Of a stretch of 40,693 bases of DNA, positions 19,774 through 27,131 are shown in pieces. This stretch comes from a virus (lineage: Duplodnaviria; Caudoviricetes): positions 1 to 40,693 of the IMG/VR virus record IMGVR_UViG_3300017909_002489; one strand, given 5' to 3'. Numbering within the stretch: position 1 is the first letter of the stretch; each line of letters opens with the position of its first letter. Below the pieces are notes generated by a model. That model worked only from the letters and a program-made list of their open reading frames with translations, ran no database searches and was not told the origin of the DNA. A program made the position numbers and the translations under genes.

Positions 19774-20003
19774 CCGCGCCAGACCGTCGCACGTGGACGG
19801 ACTGCGCAGCGTGCGAGTGCCGCCCCCGCGCGGTCTGTGACTGCTCCTGCCACCCGATCCCGACCGCGTGCCTGTGGTGCTACGAGCCTGCCGAGGTCGC
19901 CACCTGGACGCCCGTCAATGGATGGATCGACCTATGCACGCGACACCACGCCCAGACCGCGCGGGAAGTAGTGGCAAACATCATCGAAAAAGCCACGCGA
20001 TGA
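19770..20003 (+). CDS. Early Cys-rich putative Zn-binding protein (77 aa)
   Basis: ATGA overlap; CAACEC...CDCSCH...CLWC...CTRH. Confidence 0.7.
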   Translation: MTAPDRRTWTDCAACECRPRAVCDCSCHPIPTACLWCYEPAEVATWTPVNGWIDLCTRHHAQTAREVVANIIEKATR

Positions 20004-20092
20004 CCGCCGCATACCTGGCATTCATGGCCGCGCTGTTCGCCGTCGGATTCATGGAACAGACGCTCATGGTGCGCGACGAGATCCGCCGCTGA
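20000..20092 (+). CDS. Small membrane peptide (30 aa)
   Basis: ATGA overlap; MTAAYLAFMAALFAVGFMEQTLMVRDEIRR. Confidence 0.6.
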   Translation: MTAAYLAFMAALFAVGFMEQTLMVRDEIRR

Positions 20093-20093
20093 C

Positions 20094-20137
20094 CGCTTGC
20101 CTACGCCGCCCAGCGCGCTGGACGGCTAGGGGAGGCG
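20094..20137 (+). other. Long imperfect intergenic hairpin (candidate RNase III processing site)
   Basis: CGCTT-GCCTA-C-GCCG-C-CCAGC-GC-GCTGG-A-CGGC-TAGG-GG-AGGCG between a stop codon and box 2; no U-tract. Confidence 0.55.
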
Positions 20138-20154
20138 ACCCAGCCCCCGAACCG

Positions 20155-20164
20155 AACATTGGAG
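20155..20164 (+). repeat. AACATTGGAG start-associated box 2
   Basis: Exact 10-mer 5 nt before ATG 20170. Confidence 0.9.
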
Positions 20165-20169
20165 ACAGC

Positions 20170-20571
20170 ATGACCAACGTAAGTGCAGACACCTGCCGCA
20201 AGGTAACCGCCGAGATCCGCGCAGCCGTGGAACCGATCCTGGAAGCCCACGGGCTCACCATGGACAAGACGAGCGCGAAGTACGGCGACCTATACGCCCT
20301 CACGATCAAAGCCCACGGAAAAAGCGTGAACGCGGACGGGATCGACGAGGGCGACCCGCAGGTTCAGGACTGGTTCACGATGGCCCGAATCCATGGAGTG
20401 CCAGACCCCGCGGAGTGGATGACCACACCCCGCAAAATCCGCGGCCGCGATTACGTCGTAGTGGGCTGGGCGTACCGGAGCCGAAAGTACCCGCTGCTCA
20501 TGCGCGACCTGTCCGACGGCAAGGTCTACAAGTTCCAGGAAAGCGTGCTGGAGCAATTCCTCAACGTCTAG
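20170..20571 (+). CDS. Early hypothetical protein (133 aa)
   Basis: ATG after box 2; C-terminal GWAYRSRKYPLLMRDLSDGKVYKF. Confidence 0.85.
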   Translation: MTNVSADTCRKVTAEIRAAVEPILEAHGLTMDKTSAKYGDLYALTIKAHGKSVNADGIDEGDPQVQDWFTMARIHGVPDPAEWMTTPRKIRGRDYVVVGWAYRSRKYPLLMRDLSDGKVYKFQESVLEQFLNV

Positions 20572-20633
20572 GCGAAACCGCCCCACGGGGCGGTCTAGCG
20601 GCTTGACGACCCGCTACTGACGAGCCGAGTCAA
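20571..20633 (+). ncRNA. Type II hammerhead ribozyme 1 (predicted cleavage after C20595)
   Basis: GGC-GAAA-CCGCCCC-AC-GGGGCGG-TC-TAGCGG-CTTGACGAC-CCGCTA-CTGACGA-GCC. Full catalytic core, stems I-III, GUC site, and a loop I TTGAC / 3' GTCAA pseudoknot. Confidence 0.93.
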
Positions 20634-20643
20634 AACATTGGAG
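20634..20643 (+). repeat. AACATTGGAG start-associated box 3
   Basis: Exact 10-mer abutting ribozyme 1, 5 nt before ATG 20649. Confidence 0.9.
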
Positions 20644-20648
20644 AACGC

Positions 20649-20948
20649 ATGATGACCACGTTCAGCGTTTCCTGGCATGAAACCAGGGAAGAACGCAAAG
20701 AACCTGACGCGATGGCCCCGATTGAGTTCCGCGGGTTATCCGTCGAGATCCACAGCGGAGACGCGATTGACGACATAGAGATCGTCTGGGCACCCCTGGA
20801 GCACTCCAGGCAATACCTAGATCCTGGCGACCTGTACGAGATCCAAGAGGTCGTCGCTCAAGCGATCGCCCACTACGAGGAACGCGCCGCCGCTTCCAAA
20901 GCTGCGATCGCCGAGTGGCGCGCAAGCCGCGAGGAGGCCCAATCATGA
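20649..20948 (+). CDS. Early hypothetical acidic protein (99 aa)
   Basis: ATG after box 3. Confidence 0.8.
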   Translation: MMTTFSVSWHETREERKEPDAMAPIEFRGLSVEIHSGDAIDDIEIVWAPLEHSRQYLDPGDLYEIQEVVAQAIAHYEERAAASKAAIAEWRASREEAQS

Positions 20949-21124
20949 GCAAGCCAATCACGATGACTGTGTACCTGTACGCGGACGAGGGCGAGAACCC
21001 TCGGAAGTGGAACGTCGCCGAATGGCTGGATGACCCGACGGTAGTCGGCTGGGACATCGAAACAGGACACCCCGAAGGCTGCTCTGGCTGCGCCACCAAC
21101 GATCGACAGGAGGCCCGAGCATGA
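20945..21124 (+). CDS. Early hypothetical protein (59 aa)
   Basis: ATGA overlap, GAGGAGG RBS; MSKPITMTVYLY...HPEGCSGC. Confidence 0.7.
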   Translation: MSKPITMTVYLYADEGENPRKWNVAEWLDDPTVVGWDIETGHPEGCSGCATNDRQEARA

Positions 21125-21711
21125 GCGAGAGCAAGAAAAGAATCGACGCTGCCCTAGACAAGATTGCCGAGGCGATGGGCGACCTAACCGAAGCAGTACG
21201 GACAGCCGACGACCACGATTGGGCAAACAATTACCTGTCGGCCATGTTCGACGTCGCTGGGTTCACCCAATCGACCGAAGAAGCCCAGCACGCGCTCATG
21301 CTCACAGAGCAAGATCGACGGGAAACCTGGAACAACAATCGGCCGCCCATAGATCTGAACGCCGTGGGTTACGTCGTCCGACAGATCACGGGCTACGACG
21401 TCAAGTTGGAGCAGACCGGAGGCGGAACCGCCACCATGTACGTCTACGCCGACGGAATCGACAACGCCCTCGCGGTCGCTGGGCCTGGATGGTTCACGAC
21501 CCCATCGTGGACAAAAGCACTCGCGGATTGGGACGGGTTCTGCATTGGCTTGGACGACGATGGCGAGGACTTCTGGTGGTATCCGCAGCAGGAGTTCCCC
21601 TGCCCGACCGACCAGGAGATTGCCCAGATCATCGCCGACTACGCCGGAGCCACCCACGAGAACATCCGCACGGATTGGAGGAACGTAGACGTCAAGCCCT
21701 CCTGGGCCTAG
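21121..21711 (+). CDS. Early hypothetical protein (196 aa)
   Basis: ATGA overlap, AGGAGG RBS; EQTGGGTATMY motif. Confidence 0.8.
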   Translation: MSESKKRIDAALDKIAEAMGDLTEAVRTADDHDWANNYLSAMFDVAGFTQSTEEAQHALMLTEQDRRETWNNNRPPIDLNAVGYVVRQITGYDVKLEQTGGGTATMYVYADGIDNALAVAGPGWFTTPSWTKALADWDGFCIGLDDDGEDFWWYPQQEFPCPTDQEIAQIIADYAGATHENIRTDWRNVDVKPSWA

Positions 21712-21769
21712 CGAAACGCCCGAGAGGGCGTCGCGCGGAGTGCCGACCCGCGCCTGATGAGCAGAGGCA
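21711..21769 (+). ncRNA. Type II hammerhead ribozyme 2 (predicted cleavage after C21732)
   Basis: GC-GAAA-CGCCC-GAGA-GGGCG-TC-GCGCGG-AGTGCCGAC-CCGCGC-CTGATGA-GC. Full core, GNRA-capped stem III, 2-bp stem II, and a loop I TGCC / 3' GGCA pseudoknot. Confidence 0.92.
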
Positions 21770-21771
21770 GA

Positions 21772-21781
21772 AACATTGGAG
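21772..21781 (+). repeat. AACATTGGAG start-associated box 4
   Basis: Exact 10-mer just after ribozyme 2, 5 nt before ATG 21787. Confidence 0.9.
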
Positions 21782-21786
21782 AAACC

Positions 21787-22272
21787 ATGTTGCACCACAA
21801 GTACGAGGTGACGATCCGATTCACCACGGATCGACCCCTCACAGAGCACGAGCGAAACTGTCTGGAGTCCTACACCTGCGCCCAAGTGGACGACCCAGCG
21901 ATCCACAACAACGCCGGAGAGATCCAGGACGCCGAGTTCCGCACCTGGGTTCAGAGCGTCGATCTCGCATGGACGGGCTTTATCCGCCGCCCCGTAACTT
22001 CCGTCGAGGACAATGTTGATCCGCAGAACTTCTCTGCTGACATACATGTTTGCGAGGAATCCGAGTGGCGATTCCTGGACTGTGACAAGTGCGAAGAATG
22101 CGAGATCCGGATCTGCGTCGATTGCGGAGCCGAGGTCGGGGCCGAACCGACCCCAACCTGCGACGTCTGCGCCCAGCCCTGCGACGAGCAGCAGCGCGAA
22201 TGGTGCGGAACCTGCGGGAACTGCGCCGACCATTGTGCAGCCGAGATGGACTGCGCGGGGGTGACGGCATGA
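21787..22272 (+). CDS. Early protein with Cys-rich C-terminus (161 aa)
   Basis: ATG after box 4; multiple CxxC pairs. Confidence 0.8.
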   Translation: MLHHKYEVTIRFTTDRPLTEHERNCLESYTCAQVDDPAIHNNAGEIQDAEFRTWVQSVDLAWTGFIRRPVTSVEDNVDPQNFSADIHVCEESEWRFLDCDKCEECEIRICVDCGAEVGAEPTPTCDVCAQPCDEQQREWCGTCGNCADHCAAEMDCAGVTA

Positions 22273-22469
22273 GCGCGTACCCCGACGGCTTCTACAACGT
22301 GACGATCGTTCACGACCTGTTCACGATCACGACGATGGTCATGGCCGACGATGACGAGGACGCGACCAAAACCGCCAAGCAGTTCCTCACCCAGGATCAA
22401 GGCTTGCCCGATTGGGTAGCCGAGAACGCCATAAGCGTCCAGGTCGAGTTGGAAGGGGTGTTCCGATGA
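22269..22469 (+). CDS. Early hypothetical protein (66 aa)
   Basis: ATGA overlap, GGGGTGA RBS; MSAYPDGFYNV... Confidence 0.75.
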   Translation: MSAYPDGFYNVTIVHDLFTITTMVMADDDEDATKTAKQFLTQDQGLPDWVAENAISVQVELEGVFR

Positions 22470-22780
22470 GCGAGGTACAAGTGCAAAGGCAGGCGACGGT
22501 CGAAGCGGTCCATCGCGCGCTCGGCGAATCACAACGCCGCCGCGTAAAGCAAGTGCAACTGTTGGAAAACCAGATTGACGATCTCATAGGAACGTTGCAC
22601 AGGCTCAAGCATGATCTCGCCGCCGAAGATCCCATGGAGAGATGGGGGAGAGGCGGTCATTGGGAACGGAATGGCGAGTTGCAAGGGTACGGCGGAAAAC
22701 TCGATATGCGCCTTGCCGTGCTCGCAGGTATCGACCATGAGATCCGCGCCCTGAATGAAATACGGGAGGTCTGGCGATGA
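22466..22780 (+). CDS. Early hypothetical coiled-coil protein (104 aa)
   Basis: ATGA overlap; MSEVQVQRQ... Confidence 0.7.
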   Translation: MSEVQVQRQATVEAVHRALGESQRRRVKQVQLLENQIDDLIGTLHRLKHDLAAEDPMERWGRGGHWERNGELQGYGGKLDMRLAVLAGIDHEIRALNEIREVWR

Positions 22781-23145
22781 AAAACCCATCCTGGCTCACG
22801 CCCGAAGGATTCCTGGCGATCTGCGCCGTGAACACGACCGAGGTCACCGGAGAGCGAGAACGCCTCGCCGACTACACCAAAACCGTGACCGAAGTGCCCA
22901 AGGGGACGGGCTGGCCGAAACTCTCCAGGGATCTCCAGGAGTGCTGGGAGCACCTAATACGGGAGTGCTGGTCGATTGACGCGATGATGACTAACGCCGA
23001 AACCCTGTACCCGCGGGAACGGCTCACGCCGGAATCCTGGGTGCAGGTGAGAGGGGAGGTTTATCGCATGACGCTCACCTATGACCGGCTCGCACGCGAC
23101 ACGCGAGCCCAGCTCGCCCACGCCCGAGCTGAGATCAGCGGGTAA
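22777..23145 (+). CDS. Early hypothetical protein (122 aa)
   Basis: ATGA overlap, GGGAGG RBS. Confidence 0.75.
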   Translation: MKNPSWLTPEGFLAICAVNTTEVTGERERLADYTKTVTEVPKGTGWPKLSRDLQECWEHLIRECWSIDAMMTNAETLYPRERLTPESWVQVRGEVYRMTLTYDRLARDTRAQLAHARAEISG

Positions 23146-23166
23146 GATTGCCACCATCCGCCGGAT

Positions 23167-23221
23167 CTCCTGGTGGTGGCCTCCGGCCAGGTTCCACAGC
23201 CTGTCCGGAGGCTGCCAGGAG
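23167..23221 (+). other. Long imperfect intergenic hairpin (candidate RNase III processing site)
   Basis: CTCCTGGT-GGT-GGCCTCCGG-C-CAGG-TTCCACAG-CCTG-T-CCGGAGGCT-GCCAGGAG, upstream of box 5. Confidence 0.55.
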
Positions 23222-23239
23222 GAGAGCCCTCCGAGAGCA

Positions 23240-23249
23240 AACATTGGAG
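23240..23249 (+). repeat. AACATTGGAG start-associated box 5
   Basis: Exact 10-mer 5 nt before ATG 23255. Confidence 0.9.
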
Positions 23250-23254
23250 CACCA

Positions 23255-23659
23255 ATGGGAATGGACATCTACGCCCACGATCCGATCAACCCCGAGAATG
23301 ATTATTGGCGGTCGAGCATTGGGCATTGGTCAAAACTAGGCGGCTACGTCTACGACGTTGCTGGAGCCACGATCGACACGATCACCCCAGGCAAAGATAA
23401 TTGGTTCAGCAACGCTGGCGACTTCATAGACGAGGAAGCCTGCACGCGCATAGCCGCCGAGGTCCGCTGGCACATACAAGAAAACGGCCTACCCGAGACA
23501 CCCAAGGTCAGCAACAACCCGACGTCCGACCTGATGGGCGTCATCGAAAGATCCCTCGGAGCCAACATCATCGACTGCACACCACGCAATCTGGTGGCCG
23601 AGCAGATCATCGAGTTCTGCGAGTTCCTAGAAAACAGCCGCGGAATCCGCATTCTCTAG
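23255..23659 (+). CDS. Early hypothetical protein (134 aa)
   Basis: ATG after box 5; MGMDIY...EFCEFLENSRGIRIL. Confidence 0.85.
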   Translation: MGMDIYAHDPINPENDYWRSSIGHWSKLGGYVYDVAGATIDTITPGKDNWFSNAGDFIDEEACTRIAAEVRWHIQENGLPETPKVSNNPTSDLMGVIERSLGANIIDCTPRNLVAEQIIEFCEFLENSRGIRIL

Positions 23660-23692
23660 CCCAATTTGCCATCATCTCCCGAAAGGAAAACC

Positions 23693-23845
23693 ATGGCCCT
23701 TTACCTGGCCCTCACGATCGGCACGATCATCGTCGCCGGACTGTTCATTCACCACGACGCTTACGAGCGCGGCCGCGAGCACGGCCGCAACCTGGAACGC
23801 GCGCAAACTCGACACCCAGCAAGCAACGTCCGAGTAAGCCGATGA
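23693..23845 (+). CDS. Small membrane protein (50 aa)
   Basis: AAAGGAAA RBS; MALYLALTIGTIIVAGLFIHHDAYERGREHG...; below the ORF-track cutoff. Confidence 0.7.
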   Translation: MALYLALTIGTIIVAGLFIHHDAYERGREHGRNLERAQTRHPASNVRVSR

Positions 23846-23976
23846 CGTTCCAAGCGATCTCCGCTTACTGCAAAAAGCGTGTCGGGCAGCAGCCCGAACA
23901 CGATCGCTGCTACGGCAGGGGATGGGAGTGGTTGGAATGCTCCTGCCCCTGCCACGAGCCAGAAAACGCAACGTGA
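23842..23976 (+). CDS. Small Cys/His-rich protein (44 aa)
   Basis: ATGA overlap; C...HDRC...CSCPCH. Confidence 0.65.
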   Translation: MTFQAISAYCKKRVGQQPEHDRCYGRGWEWLECSCPCHEPENAT

Positions 23977-24368
23977 ACTACGAGCGCGAGAAACTAAACG
24001 ATCTGGTCTGGATCAAAACCAAGTACGGCGGCCCGTACAGCCACGGCATGTTGTATCGCAACTATCAGTTCGAGGGATACCCCGACGGACGCGCCGCCTA
24101 CGAGGTTGGAGACACGAGCGTCAAGTTGGATGGCACACCCAATCTTGTGCTGGCCGAAGGCCAGGTGAAATACAACGCTTGCGAACTGTTCGCGAACGTC
24201 TGGGCCAAGTCCACCGAACTCCTCAGAGTCGAGGAGCGAAACCACGACGCCTACGTCCGACTCCAAGTGTGGCTCGCACCAGGCGACGACGTACACACCG
24301 CCGAGGCTCTAGAACATCTCGCCGGACAGATCCGAGCCAACGCCGCAGCAAAGGAGCAGCACCCATGA
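23973..24368 (+). CDS. Hypothetical protein (131 aa)
   Basis: GTGA overlap with the previous gene. Confidence 0.65.
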   Translation: MNYEREKLNDLVWIKTKYGGPYSHGMLYRNYQFEGYPDGRAAYEVGDTSVKLDGTPNLVLAEGQVKYNACELFANVWAKSTELLRVEERNHDAYVRLQVWLAPGDDVHTAEALEHLAGQIRANAAAKEQHP

Positions 24369-24688
24369 GATTCCCGTTCCGCAAGAACGAACGCGCGGCC
24401 CTGGAAACAGCCCTGGAGTTGCCGCACAAGACTGTCAGCGAGGCAGCGAAAGCAGCCTGGGACGCGAGCTTGGAGCAGTTTCTCGCACGCGAGATGTGGG
24501 TTGTGCTGGTCCGAGATCCAGGGGTAGGGCTGTTCGCATACGGCGTTTACCCCACGCCAAACGCTGCAAATACAGCAATCAAAAAGGGGGAAATCTTTAG
24601 TGCTAGTTCCGGCGCAGTAGGAGTCGTGACGCGCCTCAACAGCCATGAAATAGAGCAATACCACCACGAGCAGGAGGAACTATTTTGA
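24365..24688 (+). CDS. Hypothetical protein (107 aa)
   Basis: ATGA overlap, AAGGAG RBS; MRFPFRKNERAALE... Confidence 0.75.
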   Translation: MRFPFRKNERAALETALELPHKTVSEAAKAAWDASLEQFLAREMWVVLVRDPGVGLFAYGVYPTPNAANTAIKKGEIFSASSGAVGVVTRLNSHEIEQYHHEQEELF

Positions 24689-25194
24689 TCGCCTCATTTG
24701 CCACGTTATCCCTGGCCGCCGCCCTGAGTGCGGCCCCTTTACAGGCTGGCGGCCCCGACCATCACACGCTGCAAACCCAGGAAGTAAACATGGAGAAACC
24801 CCATAAGGGCGCATGGGGTGACCAGATCGTAGAAGCCGCTCGCGTGCCGAAAAAGTGGCGAGCATTTGCGGCTTGCGTTTGCGACCGCGAAAGCGGTGGG
24901 ACTCTGGAAAAGATCCAGTCAGGAGTCGGGGCTCGTAACCCCAGCTCGTCTGCGTCCGGTCGTTGGCAGTTCCTCAATTCGTCGTGGAACGAGCCGTTGG
25001 GTTACATCGTTGCCGACCGGCTCAAAAGCAAAGGCGTACCCAAGTCCGTAGCCAAAGAAATCCGCGTCGAGTTACAGGCCATGCCGATCTACGAGTGGCA
25101 CGGGTATTTCCAGGACGTCGGTTTCGTCGCTGTCGTAACCAACGGTGGATGGAGACATTGGAACGGCCACACCTGCAACGGGCGGAGGCCGTAA
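24685..25194 (+). CDS. Secreted lysozyme-like lytic transglycosylase (Rpf/SceD-like, 169 aa)
   Basis: Signal peptide (MIASFATLSLAAALSAAPLQA); catalytic RESGG; ARNPSSSASGRWQFLNSSW; GGWRHW. Confidence 0.75.
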   Translation: MIASFATLSLAAALSAAPLQAGGPDHHTLQTQEVNMEKPHKGAWGDQIVEAARVPKKWRAFAACVCDRESGGTLEKIQSGVGARNPSSSASGRWQFLNSSWNEPLGYIVADRLKSKGVPKSVAKEIRVELQAMPIYEWHGYFQDVGFVAVVTNGGWRHWNGHTCNGRRP

Positions 25195-25511
25195 TGGGTG
25201 GGCAGCAGCGGTATCCGCTGCGTCAAGACAGGAATCGCGCCCTAATGGATCTGCCTCTGACCTACCAAAACTGTCAATGGATGGACCAAGGCGCGTGCAT
25301 TGGGGAAGATCCAAAGTATTGGATGTCCACTTCCGAGGACGAGAAAACACAAGAGATTCGCGAGAACGTCCAGGTCGCAGTCCAGATCTGTCGCAAGTGC
25401 CCCGTCCAATCCGAGTGCCTGTCGCACGCCATGACGTACCTGGAATTGGGGATCTGGGGCGGGACGACAGATATTGAGCGTTCGCTTATGCGGAAGCACC
25501 GAATGGCATGA
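25194..25511 (+). CDS. whiB: WhiB-family Fe-S transcription factor
   Basis: W..QGAC...ICRKCPVQSECL...GIWGGTT...ER: four Cys plus the G(I/V)WGG turn. TAATG coupling; an alternative start is at 25245. Confidence 0.93.
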   Translation: MGGQQRYPLRQDRNRALMDLPLTYQNCQWMDQGACIGEDPKYWMSTSEDEKTQEIRENVQVAVQICRKCPVQSECLSHAMTYLELGIWGGTTDIERSLMRKHRMA

Positions 25512-25633
25512 GTGCGTACCTGTGTCCCGAGTGCAAAGATGACAACAACACAGTCTTGCAGTCGGACTACGGCCCCCACCTAGTCATCAAGTGCGATTCG
25601 TGCGTGCTTGTTTACGGTGCTGCCAAGCCGTAG
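25508..25633 (+). CDS. Zinc-ribbon microprotein (41 aa)
   Basis: ATGA overlap; CPEC...CDSC. Confidence 0.7.
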   Translation: MSAYLCPECKDDNNTVLQSDYGPHLVIKCDSCVLVYGAAKP

Positions 25634-25641
25634 AATAGACC

Positions 25642-25686
25642 GGAAAGGCCCCTGGGTTTCACTCCAATGTACCTGGGGGCCTTTCC
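25642..25686 (+). terminator. Hairpin at the convergence of the two arms; loop is antisense to the AACATTGGAG box
   Basis: GGAAAGGCCCC-TGGGT-[TTCACTCCAATGT]-ACCTG-GGGGCCTTTCC. G:U pairs form only on the + strand. Confidence 0.8.
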
Positions 25687-26385
25687 CTATGCGCCTTCCT
25701 CTGTGCGTCGAGTATCCACTTGAGCAGCAGCGTTACTTCGCCGCTGTCGCATACGCCTCGGTTGCTCACCACCGATAGATCGAATCAGCCTGTTGATCGC
25801 TCGGGACAATCGGTATCGCATAGTCCGATCCTTGACTTTGGCCGAGGCAGCCATGACTTTGACGTCGCTGCCCCCGAACGCGAACCGATCCCACAGGAGC
25901 CTCTTGTCGTTTGGTGGGAGTGAGGCCAAGCCGGCACGGATATCGGAAAGCATGGCGTGGTACTCGAATCCTTCGGATGGCTGCTTTGACGCGCGGACGA
26001 ACTCACCGTGGGGGGCCGCGCTTACCGTGGTTGTGCCGGCGTCCGGATCAAAGGCGTCCGGAAGTAGCTGCTCCACCACGCTGCGCGAGTAGTGGTAGTA
26101 GTCGTCGGGTTTCGTCCCGTCGCGCCGCATCCGCTCTTTCTGGCACATCTTGTGTAGATGGACTCGGAGAGAAGATGAAAGTAACCCTTTGGCATTCTTC
26201 TGAGAGGCTGTCTCATCATCGTCAAGCCAGCCATGGACTTTCCTGGAGTGAGCGAACACCCATATCCACGCCTCTTGACGGAGATCATCCTCTGGGATGT
26301 ATTCCCTTTGAGACTTTGCGACTTGCTTCGCCGTTTGAGTAACGGCCTTGGCGACGAGCGTGTTGAGAAACAACTCGTCATTCAC
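25687..26385 (-). CDS. Sigma-70/ECF-like transcription factor (232 aa)
   Basis: Region-2-like EDDLRQEAWIW and region-4-like LASLPPNDKRLLWDRF...TMRYRLSRAINRL. Confidence 0.7.
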   Translation of the reverse strand: MNDELFLNTLVAKAVTQTAKQVAKSQREYIPEDDLRQEAWIWVFAHSRKVHGWLDDDETASQKNAKGLLSSSLRVHLHKMCQKERMRRDGTKPDDYYHYSRSVVEQLLPDAFDPDAGTTTVSAAPHGEFVRASKQPSEGFEYHAMLSDIRAGLASLPPNDKRLLWDRFAFGGSDVKVMAASAKVKDRTMRYRLSRAINRLIRSIGGEQPRRMRQRRSNAAAQVDTRRTEEGA

Positions 26386-27131
26386 CAGCGATATTCCTTC
26401 CCGTTGTAGATGAAACGATTACCCATGACCGGCACGAGCATGGGGGAGAGCGTGTTGCCGATCGGAGTAAGCACGGCAAACGCTTTCTGCCATTGGTGCG
26501 TCTTGGTGTAGAGGGCACGGCGGAGATCCATCGCGTGACCTACCTCTAACGCCCAAAGAGTGCGAGTGATCTGACCCATGAACGATTGCGTCGTTGGAAC
26601 TAGACCGGCTCGATGTGTATGGCCTTGGCAGATGTTGAGGCCCATGGCGCGCGTGTTGGCGACAGCCGTCATGCCTCCGACCTGGCTCGTGCGGCCTTCA
26701 TCCCCATGGATGAACAGCCAATCCTTGATTCGCAAACCCTTTGGATGCCAGCGGATACCCAGCTCGGGCAGGCGCATGAAGTTCTCTAGGCTCAATTCCG
26801 GCAGCGAGCCGAGCGAGGGGATCTTGGAAGCGATCTGCTTGTGCAGCCTGTCTGTGTGATTGCTGCGGATGGTGTCGGTTACCTGGAGTTCTTTCGCAAT
26901 CCGAACCCACTCGTCGCGCTCACGGTTTAGGTTTTTGGAGAATTGCTCCGCGTATCCTTCGGACCAGCGACCCAAAGAACTAAGGTCGAGTTCATCGCCG
27001 ATCGTGATAATTCGGCCAATGTCCCTGCGGTTATCCGCAATAACGCGAGCCAACCCATCGGAGACAAATCGCTTATCGTGATACGGGATCTGGAGATCCG
27101 GTATTACCCATACCTGTTTCTCGCTCATCAC
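26382..27131 (-). CDS. Calcineurin-like metallophosphoesterase (249 aa)
   Basis: DLQIPYHD, GDELD, SNH, HG and GHTH motifs. Confidence 0.88.
   Translation of the reverse strand: MMSEKQVWVIPDLQIPYHDKRFVSDGLARVIADNRRDIGRIITIGDELDLSSLGRWSEGYAEQFSKNLNRERDEWVRIAKELQVTDTIRSNHTDRLHKQIASKIPSLGSLPELSLENFMRLPELGIRWHPKGLRIKDWLFIHGDEGRTSQVGGMTAVANTRAMGLNICQGHTHRAGLVPTTQSFMGQITRTLWALEVGHAMDLRRALYTKTHQWQKAFAVLTPIGNTLSPMLVPVMGNRFIYNGKEYRW

Noticed and set aside
18707-19792. 361-aa minus-strand ORF and similar long antisense ORFs (21184-22233, 3806-4624, 6192-6902)
   Set aside because: Low-complexity products antisense to well-punctuated genes; expected in GC-rich DNA.
20094-20137. Hairpins at 20094 and 23167 as further ribozymes
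   Set aside because: No hammerhead, twister, pistol or HDV core recognisable by eye; kept only as hairpins pending an Rfam scan.
19198-23249. AACATTGGAG repeats as a CRISPR array or integron attC sites
   Set aside because: Only 10 nt, non-palindromic and separated by 0.5-1.5 kb of genes. The Cas4-like nuclease is a usual phage exonuclease and no other cas genes are present.
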